From: Zygnema circumcarinatum SAG 698-1b
Taxonomy: Eukaryota; Plantae; Zygnematophyceae
DNA: 64,000 bases
Assembly: GCA_037447605.1 (NCBI GenBank)
Contig: CM074818.1
Span: 248,001 to 312,000 of the forward strand
Reading direction: 5' to 3'
The stretch's first letter is position 1. Each line of letters starts with the position of its first letter. Shown here piece by piece: positions 48,329 to 59,400 of the stretch. The notes beneath the pieces were generated by a model. It was not told the DNA's origin. It ran no database searches and was given only the letters and a program-made list of their open reading frames with translations. The position numbers were made by a program, and so were the translations under genes.

Positions 48329-49276
48329 GGGTAGTGATATTTCCACCCCTTTTTTGGATCCAAACACCCCTTTCCGGCCGGGCAGCTTTCAAAAAGGATT
48401 AAAAACGGAAGATGCTTTTTTCACACCTTTTTGGAATCGATACCCACCTTCCGTCGGCTGATTTTATTTTTGCTAACTAAGGAAAATGATACCCCGTCAC
48501 TGCATTTTGAATACTGTATCCCGCCTCCCTGAATTTTTTTTTAGAGGGAAAGAAATATCTGCCTGCCCGAATCCGCTCGGGGCGGAAGATCCGTCCGCCA
48601 TGAGATCGTTCGCGGTTGTCCGTCCTTCACACGTGTGTGTCAATCGCAGCTGTCGATTCCCTCGCAGATCGCACCACGGCAGATCACCGTTCGATCTGCA
48701 GCCGGGCTCGATCTCAGCGAATGGAAAGCGCCCACGAGTCCCGTCAAAGCCGGATCGCACGTGCGAGTGCGCGCGTCCCTCGGCCCGAGATCTCGTCATT
48801 GCCAGCTTCTAGCCATTCAACATTTGCCACGTGTTACATATCGACGTGGAAAATTTTTGATTGGTTCAAGCTCTCAATGTATGAAATTTTGGGTTCCTCA
48901 GAGTTGCGACCGTACGCAATTTGTACGGACAAACTTTTGAGACGAGTTTGGCGGGATACGTGGGAAAGTGCCATTCGCTGTGACCGAGCCCGGCTGCAGA
49001 TCGAATAGTGATCTGCCGTGTTGCGATCTGCGAGGGAATCGACGGCTGCGATTGACCGCACGCGTGAAAAAAAATTCAGATAGGCGGGATATTCAAAATG
49101 GGGTGACGGGTTGTCATTTTCCTTGTTTCGCAAAAATATGATCTGCCGATGGAGGGTAGGTATCGATTCCAAAAAGGTGTGAAAAAAGCATTTTCCGTTT
49201 TTTAATCCTTTTTGAAATCTGCCCGGCCGGGAAGGGGTGTTTTGATCCAAAAAAGGGGTGGGAATAACACTACCCC
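48329..49276. mobile_element. Foldback / long-TIR non-autonomous DNA element (PIF/Harbinger- or Mutator-like)
   Basis: 48329-48540 is the imperfect reverse complement of ~49068-49276. A further inner inverted pair lies at ~48620-48760 and ~48950-49055. GGG(G)TAGTG termini flanked by TTA. Confidence 0.7.
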
Positions 49277-49991
49277 TTATTACCCCTGCCACTACCCCTT
49301 ATTTAGGGGTAGTGTCGATTTCCTAGCAGATCGCACCTCGGGCAGGTCACAGTTTCGGTCCCAGCGAATGGCTCGTGCCCACGTATCCCGCCAAAGCCAT
49401 CTCAAAAGTGGTCCGTACAAACGTCGTACGGCCACAACTTCGAGGAAACCCAAAATCTCGTAAACATTGAGAGCTTGGACCAATCAAAATATATAACGTC
49501 ATAAGTATAATACGTGGCAGATGTTGATTGGTTGACAGCTGACAATGTGCGAGCCGCCGCAAGCAGGCTGGTCCAGATCATAATTTTGCGAAGATCTCGG
49601 GCCGAGGGAGCGCGCATTCGCACGGGCGATCCGGCTTTGGTGGGACACGTGGGCGCGTGCCATTCCCTGGGACCGAGCCCATCTGCAGATCGAACGGTGA
49701 TCTGCCATGGTGCGATCTGCAGGGGAATCGACGCCTGCGATTCACCGCAAGTGTGAAGGATGGACACCCGTGAACGATCTCGCGGCGGACGGATCTTCCG
49801 CTCAGAGCGGAATCGGGCAGGACGATATTTTTTGGAGGCGACTATTTACAGTGTCCTTGTTCTGAATGTAGTGTACTTTTTCGTCGGGCAGCTTGTGCAA
49901 AGGATTCTTTTTGCGAAAAATGCTGTTTCATACTTTTCAGAATAGATACAGACCTTTTTTCGTCGGATGTACGGATGGTGATTTGAATGTA

Positions 49992-50376
49992 CGAAGCGCG
50001 CGCGTCTACAAGGTATAAGGGCGCAACACGTGGGGCGACATGATTGGTCGCGGCAACATATGACGTGGCAAGTATGTTTGGGACCGTGACGTGACGAAAC
50101 GAGACGCGAAAAAAGTGGAGTCCGCGGACGGCAGTCGGAAATGGCGGGAATTAAAACTGACAGAAAAAGATAGGGCACATAACGTAGCGTGTTTCAGGAA
50201 AAATCTGTCAGTTTTAATTCCCGCCATTTCCGACTGCCGTCCGCGGACTCCACTTTTGTCGCGTCTCGTTTCGTCACGTCACGGTCCCAAACATAGTTGC
50301 CACGTCATATGTTGCCGTCACCAATCATGTCGCTCCACGTGTTGCGCCCTTATACCTTGTAGACGCGCGCGCTTCG
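49992..50376. repeat. Near-perfect ~385-bp hairpin (arms ~170 bp), MITE-like
   Basis: cgaagcgcgcgcgtctacaagg...aaaactgacaga is mirrored by tctgtcagtttt...ccttgtagacgcgcgcgcttcg. Confidence 0.9.
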
Positions 50377-50477
50377 CTTCGCTTCGCTTTCTCCTCCCCT
50401 CCCCTCCCTCGCCTCTGGCCGCCCTCGCACCCTTCAAACCCTAAACCCTCACTCCGGGAGGCGGGCGCTTGGTCGCG

Positions 50478-53400
50478 ATGGCGCGAGCGCCGTCTCTCTC
50501 TCTCGTGGTGGCGGTCCTCCTCTTTGCCGGCGCCGCCGCCCCGTGCGAAGCCGCCGCTGCGGACATCCACCCAGGAGACAGTGAGCCGCCGCGGCCCGCC
50601 CGCCCGCCCTCTATGGAAGGGGAGATGCGGACGTGGCATCTGTTGTGCTTTTTGAAGCGGACCGTGGCCTCAATCCAATCCTGCATCTGCTTGCGCTTGG
50701 GCGCAGGGAACACACTTCTCGCTGCCAAAGCGGCATTCAACAACGCACAAAATCTCACCTCCTGGACAGCGAGAAACCACAACTGCAGCAACTGGAGTGG
50801 GATCACATGCGACGCAAGCGGGCGCGTTTCTGAGCTGTGAGCTCCACTTTGACTGAACACAGCTTGAGATTTCTGAACTGCAGCCCGAGATGATGACCAT
50901 GATGATGCCAGTGATAGAAATGCTAGTCGAGGCAGCATGTTTATTCAGTTCCTATTTTTTTTTTTTTTTTGGCAGAAACTTGCATGATAATTCCCTCTCG
51001 GGGTCGATCCCTGATTCTATCGGCAACCTTTCGAATCTGAACTACTTGTAAGTATTTTTCCCCTTAAACCTGAAATGAGAGGGATAGAAATGTCAGACAG
51101 AGGAATGCCAGTGATAGAAATGCTAGTCGTGGCAGCATGTTTATTCAGTGGCCTTTTTTTTATTTTTGGCAGAGACTTGTCTCAGAATTTCCTAACAGGG
51201 TCTATCCCGGATTCTATCGGCAACCTTACGAATCTGCAGTCATTGTAAGCAGTTTTCCCCATAAATCTGAAATAAAAATGATAGAGATGCCAGACAGAGG
51301 AATGTCAGTGATAGAAATGCTAGTCTTTGCGGCATGTCTATTTAGTCCTATTTTCATTATTTTTGGCAGATGGTTGGCTCAAAATTCCTTATCTGGGTCT
51401 ATCCCGGATTCAATTGGCAACCTTAAGAATCTACAATCATTGTAAGTATTTTCCCCCATAAATTTATAATGAAAGTGAAATAAATATCACACAGAGGAAT
51501 GACAGTGATAGAAATTCTAGTCGTCGCAAAATGTTTATTTAGTTTTGATGTTTTTATTTTTGGCAGAGACTTGGATTATAATTCCCTAACGGGGTCTATC
51601 CCAGATTCTATTGGCAACCTTACAAATCTGCAAACATTGTAAGTATTTTTCATTGCAATCTGAACTGAAAGAGATAGAGATGCCAGATAGAAGACTGCCG
51701 GTGATAAATGTTAGTCGTGGCAGCATTTTTGTTTAGTGCCTATTTTTTTCTATTTTTGGCAGAGACTTGTCTCAGAATTCTTTAACAGGGTCGATCCCGG
51801 ATTCTATCGGCAACCTTTCGAATCTGCGAACATTGTAAGTATTATTCTCCATAAATGTGACCTGTAAGAGATAGAAATGCCAGATAGAGAAATGCCAGTG
51901 ATTGAAATGTTAATCGTGGCAGCATGTTTATTAAATGCCTACGTTTTTTATTTTTGGCAGATGGTTGTATTCTAATTCCCTAACGGGGTCTATCCCGGAT
52001 TCTATCGGCAACCTTACAAATCTGCTCTCATTGTAAGTAATTTCCCCCATAAATATGACCTGTAAGAGACAGAAATTCCAGACAGAAAAACGAAAGTGAT
52101 AAAAATGCTAGTCGTGGCAGCATGTTTATTAAGTGCCTATGTTTTGCTATTTTTGGCAGATGGTTGTATTCTAATTCCCTAACGGGGTCTATCCCGGATT
52201 CCATCGGTAACCTTTCGAATCTGTACGCATTGTAAGTAGTTTTCCTCAAAGATCCGAAATGTAAAAGACAGAAATGTCAGACAGAGGAATGCCAGTGATA
52301 GAAATACTAGTCGTGGCAGCATGTTTATGCAGTGCCTTTTTTTTAATTTTTGGCAGATCCCTGTATTCAGTCCTATTTTCTTTATTTTTGGCAGATGGTT
52401 GTCTCAAAATTCCCTAACGGGGTCCATCCCGCATTCTATCGGCAACCTTGCGAATCTACTAAGACTGTAAGTATTTTTCATCATGAATCTGGAATGTAAG
52501 AGATAGAAATGCCAGAGAGGGGAATGGCAGTGATAGAAATGCTAGTCGTGGCAGCATGTTTACTTAATGCCTTCTTTTTTATTTTTGGCAGAGACTTGTC
52601 TACTAATTTCCTAACGGGGTCTATCCCGGTTTCTATCGGTAACCTTGCAAGTCTATATTACTTGTAAGTAGTTTTCCCCATAAATCTGAAATGAAAGAGA
52701 TAGAAATGCCAGACCGAGAAATGCCAGTGATAGAAATGCTAGTCGTGGCAGCATGTTTAATGAGAGCTTATTTTTTATAATTTTGACAGATCTCTGTATT
52801 CTAATTTCCTAACGGGGTCTATTCCGGATTCTATCGGCAACCTTGCGAATCTGCAATACTTGTAAGTATTTTTCGCATACATTTGAAATGAGAGGGATAA
52901 AAATGGCAGACAAAGGAATGCAAGCGATAGAAATGCTAGTCGTGGCAGCATGTTTAATGAGTGCCTATTCTTTTATTTTTGTCAGAGGCTTGACAGGTAA
53001 TTCCCTAACGGGGTCTATCCCGGATTCTATCGGCAACCTTGCGAATCTGCAAGAATTGTAAGTATTTTTCCCCATAAATCTGAAATGAAAGAGATAGAAA
53101 TGTCAGACAGAGGAATGCCAGTGATAGAAATGCTAGTCGTGGCAGCATGTTCATTCACTGTCTTTACTAAGTCTATTTTTTGTATTTTTGGCAGATACTT
53201 GTCTAGTAATTCCCTAACGGGGTCTGTCCCGGATTCTATCGGCAATCTTACGAATCTGGTGTACTTGTAAGTATTTTCCCCCATACTTCTGAATTGAAAG
53301 AGATAGAAATGCCAGACAGAGAAATGCAAGTGATAGAAGTGCTAGTCGTGACAGCATGCTCATGTGTTGCCTTTTTTTTATTTTTGGCAGAGACTGGTCT

Positions 53401-56400
53401 TCTAATTCTCTAAGGGGGTCTATCCCGGATTCTTTTGGCAACCTTACGAATCTGCAAACATTGTGAGTATTTTTCCCCATAAATTTATAGTGTAAAAGAT
53501 AGAAATGCCAGACAAAAGAATGCCAGTGATAGAAATGCTAGTCGTGGCCGCATGTTATGGCAGCATTTCGTGGCAGCATGTCAATTCAGTGCCTTTTTTT
53601 ATTTACTTGTTTGTAGGGACCTGAGCAACAATTCGATGACAAGTATGCCTGAGNNNNNNNNNNGAAAATTTTGTAAGGAACATTCCGCCAAGCTGACCCC
53701 TTCAGCGGGTGTGAAGTGAGACTCTGGTTTTTTTCTTCTGAAGTCTGTGTGTTAAGGCTGATGTTCCAGAAACTGAAAATCCAAAACTGACCAATGCTGT
53801 GACGCGCAATTCTATGTAGGAACCTTGCGAGGAACCGGTTGAGCAGCGTACCAGCTGTGATCGAGGAGTTGACTGTGCTCGAGGAACTGTGAGTGACTTG
53901 TGTAATGGCATAGAATGACATCTGGTCACATGAGGACATGAGGATTTGTGCATGCATGTGCATTCATGCGTTGTTCACATCGACTTGAACATCACCATCA
54001 GCGATGGGGCCTGATGGGGGTCATGCCGGGCCGCAGCTATCTGCAGAGCAACAACATCAGCGGCAGCGTGCCGGCCTTCGTGGGCAACATGTCGACCTTA
54101 ACGACCATGTGAGCTCCAACCCGACCACTCCAAGCCTCCGACATTGGACCGTATCGGAACGAGTTGGCGTTGACCTAACGACGCAATCAAATTATTATTT
54201 TTTTTTCAATCGATTTCGTTTGATGAAGAGATACCGCACGTGTGATTGTGCTGCACGTGTCAGTAAACGGCGGCGACAATTCTGTGTAACAAATGTGAGA
54301 AATTCTTCTTGTGTCGTCGGATCGGACGGTCGCAGGGACTTCAGCGACAACTCTATCGACGGTCTGCCGGACTTCACCAAGTTCATGACGTCCGTGACAA
54401 TACTGTAAGCGCCATCCCCTCCGCATGAGCCACATCGCGGGGATGCCATGAACCACATGTTGTTCAACAACACATTGAGCCATATCTCATGCACAATTCA
54501 TGCGTGTCTGTGCATGTATTGGCATTCTTAGAGAACAGTGATCTTGAAATAACTTGCTTGCTGCTCTCATTGCAGGAAGGTGCGTGGAAATGAGCTCAGC
54601 AGCCTCCCTGCTTCCTTGTGCAACTTAACCCAACTTGAAATTTTGTGAGTTCTCTCAACCGCAGCATTGTTTTGGTATTCAATCTTGTTTAACTTGTTAG
54701 TTTGTTTACCATCCAAGTTACATGTCAAGTTTGAAGTTGAAGTTAGAACGGACCGCACTTTGTCTCGCAGGGATGTGGGAGAGAACCAGCTCACAGCCGC
54801 AGCGACTGCAATCGGAGAACTGACCTGGCTTCGAGAAATGTTAGTGCAAGCCACCTACAAGTTTACCTTTTATTTCGTTTGCNNNNNNNNNNATTTTTTG
54901 TATTTTTGGCAGATACTTGTCTAGTAATTCCCTAACGGGGTCTGTCCCGGATTCTATCGGCAATCTTACGAATCTGGTGTACTTGTAAGTATTTTCCCCC
55001 ATACTTCTGAATTGAAAGAGATAGAAATGCCAGACAGAGAAATGCAAGTGATAGAAGTGCTAGTCGTGACAGCATGCTCATGTGTTGCCTTTTTTTTATT
55101 TTTGGCAGAGACTGGTCTTCTAATTCTCTAAGGGGGTCTATCCCGGATTCTTTTGGCAACCTTACGAATCTGCAAACATTGTGAGTATTTTTCCCCATAA
55201 ATTTATAGTGTAAAAGATAGAAATGCCAGACAAAAGAATGCCAGTGATAGAAATGCTAGTCGTGGCCGCATGTTATGGCAGCATTTCGTGGCAGCATGTC
55301 AATTCAGTGCCTTTTTTTATTTACTTGTTTGTAGGGACCTGAGCAACAATTCGATCACGAGTTTGCCTGAGCTCACGATTGAATTCTCACATCTTACGAC
55401 AATGTAAGTCGGCCATCCACTTCATGACGTAGTTTTATGAATAGTCGAAAATATCATTGTTGCGCATTCCAGTAATTAGCACACTCTATGTGTGAGAGGG
55501 AACATGGAAAGAGCGCATGATAGCTTTGTTACCTCTCGTCGTCATCTTGCATCCATCCATGTTTCGCAAGTGAGACGGTTATTAAGGATGGCAGGAATTT
55601 GGAGGGAAATCAACTGACGAACGTACCTGTCTCGCTGTTCAATTTCACGGCTCTGGAGATCTTGTAAGGAACATTCCGCCAAACTGACCCCTTCAGCGGG
55701 TGTGAAGTGAGACTCTGGTTTTTTTCTTCTGAAGTCTGTGTGTTAAGGCTGATGTTCCAGAAACTGAAAATCCAAAACTGACCAATGCTGTGACGCGCAA
55801 TTCTATGTAGGAACCTTGCGAGGAACCGGTTGAGCAGCGTACCAGCTGTGATCGAGGAGTTGACTGTGCTCGAGGAACTGTGAGTGACTTGTGTAATGGC
55901 ATAGAATGACATCTGGTCACATGAGGACATGAGGATTTGTGCATGCATGTGCATTCATGCGTTGTTCACATCGACTTGAACATCACCATCAGCGATGGGG
56001 CCTGATGGGGGGTCATGCCGGGCCGCAGCTATCTGCAGAGCAACAACATCAGCGGCAGCGTGCCGGCCTTCGTGGGCAACATGTCGACCTTAACGACCAT
56101 GTGAGCTCCAACCCGACCACTCCAAGCCTCCGACATTGGACCGTATCGGAACGAGTTGGCGTTGACCTAACGACGCAATCAAATTATTATTTTTTTTTCA
56201 ATCGATTTCGTTTGATGAAGAGATACCGCACGTGTGATTGTGCTGCACGTGTCAGTAAACGGCGGCGACAATTCTGTGTAACAAATGTGAGAAATTCTTC
56301 TTGTGTCGTCGGATCGGACGGTCGCAGGGACTTCAGCGACAACTCTATCGACGGTCTGCCGGACTTCACCAAGTTCATGACGTCCGTGACAATACTGTAA

Positions 56401-59400
56401 GCGCCATCCCCTCCGCATGAGCCACATCGCGGGGATGCCATGAACCACATGTTGTTCAACAACACATTGAGCCATATCTCATGCACAATTCATGCGTGTC
56501 TGTGCATGTATTGGCATTCTTAGAGAACAGTGATCTTGAAATAACTTGCTTGCTGCTCTCATTGCAGGAAGGTGCGTGGAAATGAGCTCAGCAGCCTCCC
56601 TGCTTCCTTGTGCAACTTAACCCAACTTGAAATTTTGTGAGTTCTCTCAACCGCAGCATTGTTTTGGTATTCAATCTTGTTTAACTTGTTAGTTTGTTTA
56701 CCATCCAAGTTACATGTCAAGTTTGAAGTTGAAGTTAGAACGGACCGCACTTTGTCTCGCAGGGATGTGGGAGAGAACCAGCTCACAGCCGCAGCGACTG
56801 CAATCGGAGAACTGACCTGGCTTCGAGAAATGTTAGTGCAAGCCACCTACAAGTTTACCTTTTATTTCGTTTGCAGCAAATGGCTATGTCTTGCCTTGGA
56901 TTCATTCCATACGAGGCCATCCTCATAGTGTTAGCATTAAACTTATTGAAAAGTATTCCTCGTTTAGAAAGGGAAAATTGAGTTGCAGTTACTCAATATT
57001 GGCGGAAAACGACAATGTCTTGTTACAGTAGGTGTAACAAGCCTTGAGCACAACACCCAAAGCCTGCTAGAGACTAAGTCACTTAAATGTAATGCTGGTT
57101 TCTGGAACGATTGCAAGTGCCCCCTTCCGGACCCCCTCTTGCATTCATCCCACGCCCCTTATACGCTCCCCCCGTCGAACCCTTTACCAGCGTAAGGGAC
57201 CGACAGGGCTAGCCAATGGCGCTTATGCCACGTACAATCGCTGGTCCAATGCCGCTGTGGCGAGGGCCGGTCACGCGTCACCAACATTCCCACGTGTGAC
57301 GCGGACATCGCCACTCCGTGATAGCGACCGGCGGTCGTGGTCGCGCTCATCCTCGAACGCGACGCCGCCGACGCCAAGAGAATCGCCGCTGTCCGTACTG
57401 TCCGTACGGGCGGTACGGATCCGTACGGCTACACCGTACGACTGTACGGATGGCCCGTACGGCCAAACCGTACGGAGATCCTCAGGATGCCGGCGGCACC
57501 GTGGTGTCTGTAGCGTTCAGTTCGCTACAGTAGGCGTCTAAGTTGACACTTTGGTTTGAATGACTGCAGATATTTGGACAGCAATGCCATTACTGGGAGC
57601 ATTCCGGCCTTCATTGGCAACATATCTTTCCTCCAAGTTTTGTAAGCTCAAAAAATATCTCTACTTCATGTGAATAAACTGAATCCTCCGCTTTAAGTTC
57701 AGTGCAGCGTAAGGACTAAGTACATTTTACTTTTCATTTCGTCGTTGCATGTATAACAAGTAGCCCTCCTTTTCTAGCCCTTGGACATTGAAGCCACTTG
57801 CTATTCTTTTGCAGATATGCATCTGCTCACACGTTTGAAGTCTTTTTTTCTTTCTTTTTTGCATGCTATCTGTAGAGATCTGTAACAAACCCGCCTCCAG
57901 CAGGGTTCGAACTCAAGACCTCCCGGTATTCACCTAAGTGCTTTACCATTAAAAGGCAACCGCGGATGTAAGTACTAGGTCATACACTCAATGTATACCG
58001 TTCGTTACATTCCTCCCCACCTAAACCGTGCTCGTCCTCGAGCACCATGCTCAAGGGTTTTCACGAGCGCGTTCAAGCTCCTTCATCACATGGACCTACA
58101 GACTTGGCTGCTCCAGCTCAACCAATCTGTACCATGCTCAGAGATCACGGTGTTTTTAGGGTGGATTGCAAATACTAGTCCTTAGGCTCTGATACCAATG
58201 TAACAAACCCGCCTCCAGCAAGGTTCGAACTCAGGACCTCCCGGTATTCACCTAAGTGCTTTACCATTAAAGGGCAACCGCGGATGTAAGTACTAGGTCA
58301 TACACTCAATGTATACCGTTCGTTACAGATCTCTCCAACAACTTCTTCACTGCAGAAATTCCGGACACGTTTGCTTCGAAAGAGTTCGGTTATGATGAAA
58401 GTCTGCAATTTTACAAATTCATCAGCTTCCTTGCTCTGAGTTACATGTAAGTCACTAGAAACCGCTTAGCACTTCAATGTCTCTATTTGCGACACGCATA
58501 TGGACGGCATCTTGAATTTTGAATCTCATATAGTTTTGGCATGTTTCTATTTCTGTCAAACCAGGAACTTGAGCCGATGCAACCTCACAGGAAGCATTCC
58601 ATCGAATCTTGGAAACTTACAACGTCTTCTCACGTTGTATGGACACAGGCCTTAACGTCTTCTGTAACTTTGTTCGTCATAACAAGCATGACTTGTCTAT
58701 TAAGTTCATGCAACAATATGATTTTCACTATATTGAAGGTCCTCACAAGGACTTGGAGCTGTTTGTGCATCGCAGGGACCTTTCAAGCAACCAACTGAGC
58801 GGAGAGATCCCAGACTTTCAGTACACCAGTCTTGCACACCTGTAAGTGTTAGAAGGAATCTGCTGCAATTCATATGTATAAAAACCATCAAACTGCTTGA
58901 ATATACGCATATTTAACACATACACATAGAAATAAACAGTATTTTATAACTTCTTCATCAAACCCTGTCGCTTATACTGTTTAAGAAACGAGTTTTTAAA
59001 TCGCAGGGACCTGTCTGCGAACGCGCTGAATGGCTCTGTGCCCACTTCTCTGGCCAACCTCTCTCTCTCGCAACTGTGAATTCGGAACAGATACGCCGCA
59101 ATTCACAGTTCCATGCTCTCTCATCATCCGTGGGATGAGCGACGTTATTCTTTCCAGCCTTGACTAATTTTCTCATTTTCCCGCCTCATGGTTGGGACCT
59201 CTCACTCTCTCTCTCTGTCACTCTTCCTCGCTTTTTCTCTGTCTCTCTCGCCCTTCTTTCAATTGCAGCGACTTGAGAGGCAATAAACTTTCAGGTTTTC
59301 TTCCAGCTTTCAACAAAACGCTATTACTGTGTGAAAAGTACGTGTTCCATCCTGGGCGATTCTTCTGCTCTTAGGCGCTTTCCTTGTCAACGTGTGCTGC

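Noticed and set aside
47982-48392. His/Cys-repeat ORF (HRHDVRSGC)n as a metal-binding protein
   Set aside because: Produced by the 30-bp minisatellite within transposon-derived DNA.
50976-53462. Regular ~197-bp periodicity as a CRISPR-like array
   Set aside because: Units are spliceable LRR exons with GT-AG introns in a eukaryotic gene; there are no unique spacers and no cas genes.
58210-58290. Functional tRNA gene on the minus strand
   Set aside because: Stems are imperfect with no clean anticodon arm, and it occurs twice as part of LTRs; treated as a tRNA-derived promoter.
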